Part shown: one piece after another, positions 1 through 12,506 of the stretch | Layout: each line of letters opens with the position of its first letter | How positions within the stretch are numbered: position 1 is the stretch's first letter | Assembly: GCA_043228905.1 (NCBI GenBank) | Contig: JBHGNT010000006.1 | Coordinates: 12,338,001-12,402,000, forward strand | DNA: 64,000 nt | Direction: 5' to 3' | From: Azolla caroliniana | Lineage: Eukaryota; Plantae; Polypodiophyta | The notes under the pieces: generated by a model | The model's database searches: none | Told to the model about the DNA's origin: nothing | The model's input: only the letters and a program-made list of their open reading frames with translations | Position numbers and translations under genes: made by a program

Positions 1-294
1 GGGCCTTGGGTATCGCTATAAATAAGAGGCCTAGCTACCCTCATTTCATGATCTTTTTGACTACATCGAGACTCTGCTCTTGTGGTGGGTCAACTCTTGT
101 AGCGAGCGCGCCAGCACCATGTACGACTCGACGCCACGACGGTGGTATGGGACACCGATCGAGGCTCGAGTTCGTCTCGATCCCTTCGCTCGGGGGTGGT
201 CGGGTGGATCGACACCCTTCTTTCTCTTTCTCCTTTCTATCTATCATTTGTTTATCCTTATCTTAAGCTTACTTTAGTACTTAGATGTCTAATA
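1..294 (+). mobile_element. 5' LTR (5'-truncated by window edge) of a Tekay-like Ty3/gypsy element, followed by tRNA-iMet PBS at 297-306
   Basis: Highly similar to the reverse complement of 7143-~7436. TATA-like CTATAAATA at 16-24. Shared sequence ends at ...CTAATA (294) and is followed by TT and TGGTATCAGA. Confidence 0.85.
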
Positions 295-738
295 TTTGGT
301 ATCAGATTTATGTACTAATGTTTCTTTGTTTTTCATTTGTGGTTTGATTGATGCTGATCGATTGATGTGCGGTCGGCCTTGATCCAGACAATGATCAACA
401 AAAAACTTCGGTAACTCTTTCCATAATTTTTCTTTCTATTCTCTCTTCTCCCATCTAATCATGTGTTTAGTTTATATGTCATTTTTTTTCATTAAGTCAA
501 TGATGTTGTAGTGGTCTTTAATTGATTATCTAAAACGTTTTCATATGTGCACGAGGTCAATACCTCGTTTGACATATTAATAATATGTGATGAGTGTCGT
601 ATGCGTACGAGGTTAATACCTCAATTACGTATTACGTTCACGAACATATGTTACGTTTGCGTATGAGTTGAATACCTTGATTTGTTTTAGACGATATGCG
701 GTTGGTTTCGTATGCGTAAGAGGTCAATACCTCAATTG

Positions 739-3700
739 TGTTGGGATTTTCGGTCCCTCCGGATGGGATGTCCGGAGATGAATGACGGCAATCCCGGTTA
801 CAATTACGGTTACGGTTATGGTTACGGTCCCGGCTACGGAGCCGGATGATGAAGACCCCGGCTACGGAGCCGGATGATGAACGTACCCGGAGCGAGATCC
901 GGATGCGGGGACATATTTGTGAATATGCTCACCAAGGGCCCTTGAGGCTATATTTGTAAATAACCCGAAAGTCATATGTGTATAAATATGACTTAGGGCA
1001 AACAGGTTTACGTTGTTGCTCATTTTCTGTTTTCCACTTAGAGAGAGTGAAGAGAGCAGCCGAGAGAGAGAGAGAGAGAGAGAAAGACGAAGAGGTCGTT
1101 GCCTCTGTGTATTACCGCCGCCTATGGCGAAGACAGTGAGCTCAAGGTTGTTGCCTTGTGGCTTCACCATTGTACATCTCTGTTCATAGTGATAGTTGGA
1201 GTTTGAGGACTCCCGTGGTTTTTCCCATTTAGGGTTTTCCACGTAAAACATCCTGTGTATTTTTCTCTCTATTGTCTTCGTGCATTTTTTGTATTTCCCG
1301 TTTTCTGTGAGTTGGTCCTATTCCTCGGTTGTGGTCGAGCACTGTTGTTCAACAATTTGGTATCAGAGCACGGTTAACACAGAAAATGGAAGGCGGCGGT
1401 AGTGGGCCTCCGGGCATGATGGTGTTGAACTCACAGAACTACGCCGACTGGAAGATAAAGATGGAAGACCTTCTCATCGTCCGAGACCTGTACGAACCGA
1501 TCGACAATGCTGAGATACCCAAGGGGGTAATAGAGTCGGAGTGGAAGCTCCTGAACCGGAAAGCCGTAGCGACGATCCGGCAATATGTAGATGTAAGTGT
1601 TCTGCAACATGTGGCGAACGACACCAACGCATATGAGATGTGGAAGAAGCTGTCGGGCCTCTACGAGAGGAAGAATGCGTTGAACCGGACCTCCCTGATG
1701 AGGAAGATAGTGAACCTCAAGTACCGGGACGGCGAGAATATGGTGGAACACGTGAGCACGTTCATGGGATTCGTGAACCAGCTTGCGGCGATCAAGTTCC
1801 CGTTGGAGGATGCAATGCAAGCCATCATTCTGATGTGTACATTGCCGGAAAGCTGGGAGAACTTGGTGGTGACTCTCAGCACCTCCTACACCGAAGATAA
1901 CTTGTCTCTACAAACGGTAAAGACAAGCATTTTGAACGAAGAAGCGCGTCGGAGAGATAAAGAACCGGTTTCCGATCCGAAGATGCTGCTTACCGAATCG
2001 GATCGAGGAAGACAATGGAACCGGAGTCCGCAAAGACGGGAGAAGTCGGGGACCCAGTCGCAGTCAAGAGGAAGACCCACATGCTTCCACTGTGGGAAGC
2101 CGGGGCACTTCCGGAAGAATTGTCGGCATTACCGAAAGGACAACGGAGCCGATGACACCGATTCGAAGAAGTCACCGGAGAGAAACGGTGCATACCGGGG
2201 AGCCACGGACCGGAGAGGTCTGGATCGGCGAGGGCAGGACCGGAAAGGAACGACGGCACTCGCGGCAAGTGAAGAAGAGATAATGCTCATTACCGAAGAG
2301 AGGGAGCTGAACCTTGCCGGTGTAGAGATGACCTGGGTGGTCGATTCCGGAGCGTCGTTCCACCTGACCCCGGAGAAGAAATACTTCTCATCCTACATAG
2401 CCGGTGAGCACGGTTGTGTCCGGATGGGAAATGAAGGCACATGTCGGATTGCCGGCATAGGAGACGTGTGGCTGATGACATCAACCGGATGCAAGATGCT
2501 GCTGAAGGATGTACGACACGTTCCGGAGGTCCGATTGAACCTGATTTCGGCCGGGAGGCTAGACGATGAAGGCTACACGGGTAGCATCCGGAACGGTGTC
2601 ATGAAGTTCAGCAAAGGGAGCCTGATAGTGGCTCGGGCCCGGAAGGTCAACACGCTGTACCTGATGAATTCCCGGCTATGTCCGGAGGAGCTGAACGTGG
2701 CAGCCGATACTGCCGGTGAGCTGTGGCACAAGAGACTGTGTCACATGAGTGAGAAGGGGATGAAGAGGCTTGCAGAAGACAACCTTATTCCAGTGAAGCA
2801 TGTGCACCTGGAGAAGTGCACCGATTGCCTGGCCGGTAAACAGAACCGAACCTCCTTCCACTCAAGGCCACCGACGAGACGTAGTGTACCATTGGAGTTG
2901 GTACACACTGATGTGTGTCAGGTAGAAACGAAGTCACATGGCGGAGCCCAGTACTTTGTAACATTTATAGATGACCATAGCCGGAAGCTGTGGACGGCAC
3001 CGTTGAAGACAAAGGACCAAGTATTGTCCGTCTTCAAAGAACTCCACGTGAGAGTGGAAAGGGAATCCGGCAAGGAGCTGAAAGCGATACGAGCGGATAA
3101 CGGAGGGGAATACCGGGGGCAGTTCGAGGAGTACTGTCGCTCGAAGGGAATCCGGCTCGAGTTTACTGTGCCGAAGACGCCGGAACTGAACGGGCTGGCC
3201 GAGAGGATGAACCGGACCATAATGGAGAGGGTCTGGAGTATGCTGGCGCATGCGAAATTACCCAAGGGGTTTTGGGCTGAGGCAATGTCGACGGCGACAT
3301 ACGTGATAAACAGATCACCCTCAGCACCTTTGGACGGAGACACGCCGCAGAGAGTGTGGACCGGTAGGGAAGTATCCTACCGGCATCTGAAGGTGTTCGG
3401 GTGTCTCGCATATGTGCATGTGGCAAAGGACCGGAGAGGAAAGCTAGACCCAAAGACCCGGCCATGCATATTCCTCGGTTACGGCGACGACGAGTTCGGC
3501 TACCGAGTATGGGACCCAGTCGACAAAAAGATATCCCGGAGTCGTGATATCATCTTCATGGAGGACAAGACACTCGCCGACTGGGAGTCGGAGAAGAAGA
3601 TGAAGAGCTCCGAGTCGTCCGGTGAGGATCAACTCTACGAGGAGCAGTCCCGACCGGCAAGAGACCGGTTAGCACTCGAGGATCCGGCCGAAGACGGTGA

Positions 3701-6085
3701 AGAAACAGAACCGGCCGAGGAAGATGAAACTGATACCGGAACCGGCCCCGATCCCGAAATGGATTCGGATGAAGAGGAAACGGAGGAGCCGGTTACCGAA
3801 GCTCCGGAACGGAGATATCCTCTAAGAGAGAGAAGGCCCCCCCGGAGATTTCCGGAACCAGAGCACGTGCTGCTAACCGACGAGGGGGAGCCGGAGAGTT
3901 TTGAAGAAGCAAAGCTTGACACCCATAGCCGCAGGTGGTTAAGTGCCATGCAGGAGGAGATGGATTCCCTGCATGAGAACCACACATATGAACTTGTGGA
4001 GTTGCCGAAAGGAAAGCGGGCACTTCGAAACAAGTGGGTGTTCAAGCTGAAACCGGGAGATGCCGGAAACCCCCCGAGATACAAAGCCAAGATCGTGGTG
4101 AAGGGGTTTCAGCAAAAGAAGGGCGTCGACTTCGACGAGATATTTGCCCCGGTAGTGAAGATGACCTCCATCCGGACGGTGCTGAGCATAGCGGCAAGCA
4201 TGGACCTCGAGGTAGAACAGATGGACGTGAAGACGGCATTCCTTCACGGTGACCTCGAAGAAGAGATCTACATGCAGCAACCGGAAGGATTCGAGAAGAA
4301 AGGGAAGGAGCACCTGGTATGCCGGTTGAAGAAGAGCCTTTACGGACTGAAGCAGGCTCCCCGGCAATGGTACCGGAAGTTCGACTCTTTCATGACCGAC
4401 GAAGGGTACCACAAAACGCAGTCCGATCACTGCGTGTTTGTGAAGAAGTTCGAGGGAGGAGACTTTCTAATACTCCTCATGTACGTGGACGACACGTTGA
4501 TCGTCGGACGGGACTAGGTCAAGATACAGAGGCTGAAGAAAGCGCTTCACCGAACCTTCTCAATGAAGGACCTGGGTCCGGCGAGGCAAATACTAGGGAT
4601 GCACATCATCCGGGACCGGAAGAAGAAGCAGTTGTGGCTGTCACAGGAGAAGTACGTGACAAAGGTGCTTCACCGGTTCAACATGTCGGAAGCAAGACCG
4701 GTCGGGTCAACCCTCCCAGCAAACTGCAAGTTGTCCAGCAAGCAAAGCCCCAAGACAAAGGCTGAGAAGGAGGACATGATGAAAGTACCATATGCCTCTG
4801 CCGTCGGAAGCTTGATGTACGCAATGGTGTGTACAAGACCGGACATAGGATATGCAGTCGGAGTGGTGAGCCGGTACATGAGCAATCCCGGCAAAGAGCA
4901 CTGGAACGCGGCCAAGTGGATACTCCGATACCTGAAGGGCACGGCAAACGTATGCCTCGGATTCGGCTCCGGTAAGCCCGAACTCGACGGCTTTACCGAT
5001 TCGGATATGTCGGCCGATGCAGATACCAGCCGGTCCACATCAGGGTATGTGATGACGTATGCAGGGGGAGCTGTTTCGTGGCAGTTGAGGTTGCAGAAGA
5101 CGGTTGCGTTGTCAACCACGGAGGCGGAGTACATGGCGGCCGTTGAAGCCGGCAAGGAAATAATATGGATGAAGGACTTCATTAGAGAGCTCGGTATCCG
5201 GCAGGAGGAGTACCGACTCTACTGCGACAGTCAGAGTGCCATCCACCTTGCGAAGAATGCGGCCTATCACTCCCGGACGAAGCACATCCAGCGTAGATAC
5301 CACTGGATCCGGGAAAGGATAGAAGACAAGGAGTTCGTGCTGACGAAGATCCACACGGACGAGAACGGGTCGGATATGCTGACCAAGGTACTTACACCCG
5401 ACAAGCTGGAAGCATGCCGGAAGAGGATCGGATTGGAGAGACATCCCATGCCGAAGTGAAGGGGGAGTTTGTTGGGATTTTCGGTCCCTCCGGATGGGAT
5501 GTCCGGAGATGAATGACGGCAATCCCGGTTACAATTACGGTTACGGTTACGGTTACGGTCCCGGCTACGGAGCCGGATGATGAAGACCCCGGCTACGGAG
5601 CCGGATGATGAACGTACCCGGAGCGAGATCCGGATGCGGGGACATATTTGTGAATATGCTCACCAAGGGCCCTTGAGGCTATATTTGTAAATAACCCGAA
5701 AGTCATATGTGTATAAATATGACTTAGGGCAAACAGTTTTACGTTGTTGCTCATTTTCTGTTTTCCACTTAGAGAGAGTGAAGAGAGCAGCCGAGAGAGA
5801 GAGAGAGAGAGAGAAAGACGAAGAGGTCGTTGCCTCTGTGTATTACCGCCGCCTGTGGCGAAGACAGTGAGCTCAAGGTTGTTGCCTTGTGGCTTCACCA
5901 TTGTACATCTCTGTTCATAGTGATAGTTGGAGTTTGAGGACTCCCGTGGTTTTTCCCATTTAGGGTTTTCCACGTAAAACATCCTGTGTATTTTTCTCTC
6001 TATTGTCTTCGTGCATTTTTTGTATTTCCCGTTTTCTGTGAATTGGTCCTATTCCTCGGTTGTGGCCGAGCACTGTTGTTCAACA
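739..6085 (+). mobile_element. Full-length Ty1/copia LTR retrotransposon (family A, Tork/Tnt1-like)
   Basis: 616-bp LTRs at 739-1354 and 5470-6085 (TG..CA, about 5 differences by eye). TSD AATTG at 734-738 and 6086-6090. PBS-Met TGGTATCAGAGC at 1358-1369. PPT AAGGGGGAG at 5459-5467. Confidence 0.98.
1386..5459 (+). pseudogene. Copia gag-pol polyprotein with a single in-frame stop (TAG 4515-4517)
   Basis: CCHC knuckle CFHCGKPGHFRKNC, protease VVDSGAS, GAG-pre-integrase WHKRLCH, integrase (DNGGEY, GLAERMNRT), RT (QMDVKTAFLHG, YVDD) and RNase H (ALSTTEAEY, SDMLTK). The reading frame is unchanged across the stop. Confidence 0.95.
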
Positions 6086-7142
6086 AATTGCGTATTACGA
6101 TGATCTCTTATTTGTGGATGTTTCGTGTGCGTAGAGGTATATACCTCGATTACGTATCTCGATCACATCATTTGTGGCTATTTAATATAACGATATGTTA
6201 ATATAGGCATATCTGGTCACGTATATATGTATTTGATCGTATATATGTGATAAGTAAACATATGTATATATTCGTTATTACGTGATTATATCGAAAGTTG
6301 TCCTTGTCGGGAAAAGGATGTTGGTGGCCGTCCTCACATTTTTGTGAGAATGGCGTTGTCACCATCCCTTTTTCATCAATTTTTTATTGTTGACAACCCC
6401 GTTGATGACCTCGATTTTGTTACGTAAAGAAACTTCTATAGCCATAATGATGTTGAGTACGTAGGGCTTGACCTATTTCAAGTGAGGTCGCTCCAATGAC
6501 ACACGTATCCAACATCCCTCCCTCGTTACATGGATACGATGCCACCATGAGCTCGTTCTTACAAGAGGCATTCGTAATGACGTGACCATGTGATGGGCCA
6601 CGTGACCCTACTACGAAACGAGGGCTCATTTGGCTTGACCATTAGGTTGCACTTTGGCGTATGCCATCGTAATTACGAGACTTGAGGTTAGGTAACGTAC
6701 CAACATAGTTTTGGTAAATGAGGGCGAAATAAGGACCCTTGACATATATGTTCTTTTAGAAAAAACATATATGATCTCGCATATCTCTTATACGCATCAA
6801 ACATTAAGCATTCAAGAAGAGCAACTTACTTGGTTGGCTCAAGTGTTTAATGTATTTGTTCTCGAGGTCTCGAGTTCAAATATGACCAAGACCATACAAC
6901 ATCCTTGATACATATGACTATAACACATGTTTAGACTTAAGGTCTAAGTGCACCTCAGGGTCTTCGTAATAGGACTTAAAGAGCCGAAACCACATATGTG
7001 GGCACCGAAACATAGTTTATTGTTAACATTTTTTTTGTGTATAAACTATTCATGACGCGAACATATATGGTTGAGCCTCGGGGAGCCACCATGAAAAAAT
7101 TGATATAGAGATCAGGGAAAGACATTTATTTGTCACCCCCAT

Positions 7143-7602
7143 TATTAGAGATCTAAGTACTAAAGTAAGCTTAAGATAAGGATAAACAAATGATAGATAG
7201 AAAGGAGAAAGAGAAAGAAGGGTGCCGATCCACCCGACCACCCCCGAGCGAAGGGATCGAGACGGACTCGAGCCGCGATCGGCGTCCCATACCACCGCCG
7301 TGGCGTCGAGTCGTACCTGGTGCTGGCGCGCTCACTACAAGAGTTGACCCACCACAAGAGCAGAGTCTCGATGTCGTCAAAATGATGATCAAATGAGGGT
7401 AGCTAGGCCTCTTATTTATAGCGATACCCAAGGCCCCCAAGCAAGTTCACACTTGACCTAATGGGTTGTCTCAATCCCGAGGATTAAAAGTAATCCTCCC
7501 CTTCTTTACACTCTCGTTTAACCCTCACACTTACTTATCCACGTGTATAGAATACTACGGTAAATTCTCACCACGGGATATTAAATGGTCATGCCCGTAA
7601 CA
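7143..7602 (-). mobile_element. 3' LTR of Tekay-like chromovirus
   Basis: Begins TGTTACGGG on the minus strand just after PPT AGAGGGGGAG (7605-7614). Homologous to 1-294. Confidence 0.85.
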
Positions 7603-8719
7603 TACTCCCCCTCTTTAAAACATTGCACTCTTGCAATGGAAAGTTAGGGAAGTTAGTTCTAAGAGTATTTTCGCGTTCCCATGTGGCATCTTTTATTGAT
7701 TTATCCATCCATTTTATTTTAAATTCTCGGATTTCTTTAGTACGTAATTTTTTTGTTTTAACATCGAGAATTCTTTCTGGTACATGTGGTTTAGAAGATA
7801 ATTCTTCAGAAGTAACCAGAGTTTCAGTTGTAACTGTATTGTCGCTAGAACCTCGAAGTTCTTTTAGATGACTCACATGGAAGACTAGATGAATTCCAAC
7901 ACCATCGGGAAGAGCAAGATGATAGGCTGATGACCCAATGCGTTTGAGGACTGTAAAAGGTCCACAAAACCGTGGGGCTAACTTAGCGCACTTACCCGTA
8001 GACAATGTCTTAGAATTGTGAGGTACACGTAAAAATACCTTCTATCCAGGGTTGAATACACGAGGTTGCCTATGATGATCGGCATAAAAACGCGCTCTAT
8101 CTTGAGCTATTTTTATATTATCTCGTGCAATATGCAACATATCTTGCATATCCCGAAGAAAGTTTTGCGTACTTCACAACTCATCATGATGTATATTAAC
8201 ATCAATCGGGGCTCGTGGCTGAAAACCATACATCAACATAAAAGGACTATATCCCGTCGACGTATGCTTGGAGCTGTTATAAGCAAACTCCAAAATTGGG
8301 AGATAACGTTCCCATTTTGTTGGTTTTGCACCAACGTATGCTCGAAGCATGTCCTCAATAATTTGATTTACTCGTTCTGTCTGTCCATCAGATTGAGGAT
8401 GATCCGTGGAGCTCATGCTCAACGTAGTTTCTAACTTCTTAAAGACTTGCGTCCAGAAGTCAGTAGTAAACTTTGGATCTCGATCACTCACGATATCCAT
8501 CGGTAACCCATAAAAACGAAACAATTCGTCAACGAATTGGTAAGCCAATTCAGGAGCTGTTATCGTGGTTTTAGTAGCAATAAATCTGGCCATTTTAGTT
8601 AGTTGATCAACGACAACCCAGATGGCATCATGACCTTTTTGGGTGCGAGGAAGGCTAACAATAAAATCCATGGATATACTTTCCCACTTATTATTGGGAA
8701 TGTCCAAGGGATGTATCAA
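7589..8719 (-). pseudogene. Ty3/gypsy integrase core, GPF motif and group II chromodomain (fragment)
   Basis: WESISMDF, IVSDRDPKF, HPQSDGQTER, KLAPRFCGPF and PERILDVKTKKLRTKEIREFKIKW..ATWE. Confidence 0.92.
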
Positions 8720-8817
8720 TAGTAATTCCTAATGAATGAATCGCCCCGTTGATGTATTGTACTCTTCCATCAGCCAAGTGCACCGTGTAGGTGTGATCAC
8801 TTATGGTGGGTTGGAAC

Positions 8818-8914
8818 TATCTTCCAGTCTGCATAGTTCTAAGGGTTTAGAACTATCATTCCTGGGAGGCCACTCACACCTCCTTCCATGCTTGCACCTC
8901 AAGCTCTGATACCA
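8818..8914 (-). pseudogene. PBS-Met plus first ~24 codons of a family-A-like copia gag
   Basis: PBS at 8903-8914. ATG at 8889 reads MEGGVSGLPGMIVLNP*NYADWKI, compared with MEGGGSGPPGMMVLNSQNYADWKI at 1386. Confidence 0.85.
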
Positions 8915-8917
8915 GTT

Positions 8918-9464
8918 TGTCGAGAAACGAATTGTCAATCCACACGAAAAGGAATATGCTGAAATACACAACTCTGAAACACAGAAAACAGCGTATACAG
9001 ATTTAATGTGGGAAACCCTTGAAATAAACGAAGGTGCAGAAGCGTTAGACAACTGGCATAGCCGGATAGCAACAGAGAGAGAGAGAGATTAACACACAGA
9101 AGGTACGTAAGAGAGAAAAAGAAAGAGCAGAACAACATAAATCTATTATCATCAACTTTGTAAAATACTCTGTTCATACAACGTGCTCAACAACACTATT
9201 TATACAAGTCCTAAGAGGACTGACAGAAGTACAATGTACTTCAATGCTCACACGAGCGTTTGACACTAACTACGAGACATTAACTACCTAGTAGTCTAGG
9301 CTGCTACTAGGCTTCCAGTTACTACTTGATCCAGTTAACCGGCTCCCCATCTCACCGGCTCACTTGGTCACCGGCTCACTTGGTCACCGGCTCATCCTTC
9401 CGGATGCTGATCCGGCTCAGGCTTATTCAATCGATTTGAATCCGGCTGAGCTTGCCGCTCAACA
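8918..9464 (-). mobile_element. Copia LTR (3' LTR of family B element; apparently chimeric)
   Basis: TG..CA ends with PPT at 9466-9473. U3 half matches 55100-55360. U5 half differs and is followed by a PBS. Confidence 0.85.
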
Positions 9465-10206
9465 GTCCCCCTCAAGCTCAACTTGAGGCCGGATCGTAGT
9501 GTCAGTCTCCATGGCAGCCGATCCTTCCACCCGGCTCCTTCTGACGTCACTCCGCCTCGTTCACGCTCCTCATCCGGTTCGGTCCCGTTTGCTGCGACCC
9601 TTTTGATTCTGCGCACCGAGACCTCCTTGGTCGGCTTGTTTGCTCAATAGGCCCAATTCAACTCCCTCGCTACTGTGAAATTGGCGCTTGCCGATTCGTT
9701 GATTCCTTCGTGTTGGCGTTGACTTTCGCTGCCTTCTTGTCCTCTTGGCCTTGAATTGATCTGATTCTTCCGAATCTGTCTATTGAACCGAATCGGTCGC
9801 TCCTGATTTGTCTTCCGGTTCCAGGCCCTTCACCACATTGGACCATGTCCGGGTCTTCGCCTTCTTCTTCCGGTCGGCTCTGTCCTCCTTGACTCTGCCG
9901 CCGCTGCCGCTTGTTCCGACTTGTTCAGACGTGTCAACTCCCTTTGCCGACTCGGCTCCTTTCTTCTTCTTGTCTTTCCCTTTGTCGGTTCTTCCCTCAC
10001 CGGCGCAATCGACAGTTTCTTTGCCTTTGCCCGTTCCGGTGTGTGTGCCCATTCTTCCCCTCAAGTGTGGCACGTCGAGATGCTGAACACCAAGCATTTC
10101 GGTGAAGTGCTGCAACTTGTTTGATCCGAGCCGGTTGGTCAAGATGTCGGCAACTTGCCGATCCGTATGAACATACCGAAGTTCGACTTCACCGCTCAGG
10201 ACACGC

Positions 10207-11003
10207 TGTCATGAAGGATTTGCTTCACGATATAAAAATAAATTTAAATATTGAATTCAGTAATATTTCAAACCCTTGAACCTACAACCTTATAAGCCAA
10301 GCACAATGTATATACCACTAGGGTAGGCTATTTGTTTTTAGAAATGTTGTCAAGAATGTGCTTCACTATATAAGAATAAACTTAAATATTGTATTAAGTA
10401 AAATTGAGGGACTTGAACCCTCAACGTTGTATATCAAGCACAAACCATACACCACTAAGCGAGGTTATTTGTTTTAGGGTTATATCCATCATTATACTTA
10501 TCCCAATACATGGGAGCTCAAATGAGCATGATGGCTATCATGCATCACATGTAATGCATGTGCGCCAAATGGCGATCATGCATCAGATGTAACTCATGCA
10601 TTACATGCATGACATTACCATATGCATGGAAATACTTATAAAAAGAGGGGAAAGGAAAACAAAAGGGGGGGAATCAAAAAGAGAGAGTGAGAAAATAATA
10701 CAATCAAGTAAAGAAGACTAGCTCATTGGGTGGAGAACCTCTCGTTTTGAAGTTGAGGTCGTGGGTTCAAATCAAGGGTCGATAGAGAATGTGTTCAGTT
10801 TGCGATCAAGGATTGTAAAGTTGGTAAAATATTGTCTTTTTAATATACATCATGTTTATATAATATACTCTTGCTTCTTGAATCATACTTTGTCTCAATC
10901 TTCTTCTAGAATCATACTTTGTCTCAATCTTCTTCTAGAATCATACTTTGTCTCAATCTTCATTCTTGAATCATACATTGTCTCTATCTTTTATCTATGC
11001 TCA

Positions 11004-11034
<31 letters not shown>

Positions 11035-11171
11035 TTACTCGTAACTTTTCTTCTTGCTACTCTTAACCTTTCTAACATCACCATACAAGCCTTATTAAAA
11101 TTGAAGTTCCTTCAACTCCCCTAAACCTTCGTCCCTGCGACTTCGCCGCACGAACCACAACTACCCCGACA
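10207..11171 (+). mobile_element. Solo LTR (family G, probably gypsy) with 4-bp TSD
   Basis: TGTCATG..CCGACA ends. TSD ACGC at 10203-10206 and 11172-11175; removal restores copia RNase H ERVLSGE. TATA near 10637. About four ~30-bp tandem repeats at 10878-10990. Confidence 0.88.
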
Positions 11172-12506
11172 ACGCTCACACACGAAGTGGTAGTGCACTT
11201 CTATGTGCTTTGTGTGAGCATGGTATACAGAGTTCTTGGCGAGCTGCATGTTGCTTATGTTGTTGGAGTAGATCAGGATCGGGGTCGGCACCTTCATCCG
11301 CAGGTCTTGCAGCAGTCGCCGAAGCCAAATGGCTTCACATGTGGCAATAGTAGCGCCCCGGTATTCGGCCTCAGTGCTCAAAAGGGCCACTGTTGGCTGC
11401 TTTTTGTTGCTCCACGCAATAGCCGCGCTACCAAGGGAAAGCATATAGCTGGAGGTGGATCGGCAATCCGATGCGTCGCCGGCCCAGTCGGCATCGGTGT
11501 AGTCGACTAGCTCTTCGGTTATACCATGCCGGTATAACAGTCCCTGGTCCTTGGTGCCGCTCACATATCTCAAAATTCGATGCGTTCACAGAAGGTGCTC
11601 CATGGTCGGCTTCTGCATATATTGGTTGATCACGCCAACCGGATTTCTAATGTCGGGTTGGGTGATTGTCAAATATATAAGGCTTCTGATGATTTATCAG
11701 AACCGCTCCTCATCGTAGGCCGATCTGGAGTCGGGATGGAGCTTCTGGTTCTGGTCCAGGGGTGTGGAGATCGGTCGGCATTCCATCATGCCGAACTTGT
11801 ACAACATATTCAACACATAGTGTCTTTGTGAGAGCAATATGCTGTCGGGGGTTCGGATCACCTCGATCCCAAGGAAATAGTGAAGGTCTCCCAGGTCCTT
11901 CATCTCAAATGCGTCCGACAATTGGGACTTGACTCGGCTTATTTCATCGAGTCCGGGTCCGGTGTTGACTAGATCATCAACATACAACAAGATGCAAATT
12001 GGACCGTCCGAACCTTGCCGGATCAACAACGAAGAGTCGGACATGGAGGCCGCAAACCCCATATTACGCAACCAGTGCGCGATCTTCGCATTCCAAGCTC
12101 GGGGGGCTTGCTTCAGGCCATAAAGTGACTTCTTTAGCCAACATATCGCCGATTTGTTCATCTTCGACTGGAAACCGGGGGGTTGGGTCATAAAGACCTC
12201 TTCTTCAAGATCGCCTTGAAGAAATGCATTCTTCACGTCCATCTGGTGAAGATGCCACCCCCTGGCCGCAACAATCGCCAGGACCAGACAAACCGTCGTC
12301 ATCTTCGCTATCAGAGCGAAGGTCTCGTTGTAGTCGATTCCGTGGGTTTGCGTGTATCCTTTTGCCACTATCCGGGCCTTGTACCGGTTAACCGAACCGT
12401 CAACATTGTACTTTACCTTGTACATCCATTTGCAACCGATCAGTTTACAGTGTCGGGGAGGGTCAACTAGGTCCCATGTGTCGTTGGCATGTAGTGCCCA
12501 CATTTC

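Larger units (their letters stand above)
541..6170. repeat. Degenerate ~55-60 bp tandem array of palindromic units (541-738 and 6091-~6170), split by the copia insertion
   Basis: Core TCGTATGCGTAnGAGGT(N3)TACCTC recurs near 541, 598, 654, 708 and 6123 with variable sequence between units. Confidence 0.7.

Noticed and set aside
541-738. CRISPR array
   Set aside because: Repeats are degenerate, there are no cas genes, and the context is a eukaryotic retroelement. Kept only as a hairpin repeat array.
4515-4517. Programmed stop-codon readthrough
   Set aside because: The stop falls within RT, lacks a CARYYA context, and relatives have Gln here.
8914-8918. AGTTT as a TSD matching 55361-55365
   Set aside because: It overlaps the PBS, spacer and terminal T of the LTR. 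The same ACCAGTTTG occurs at 16713-16721, and the flanking sequences are not collinear.
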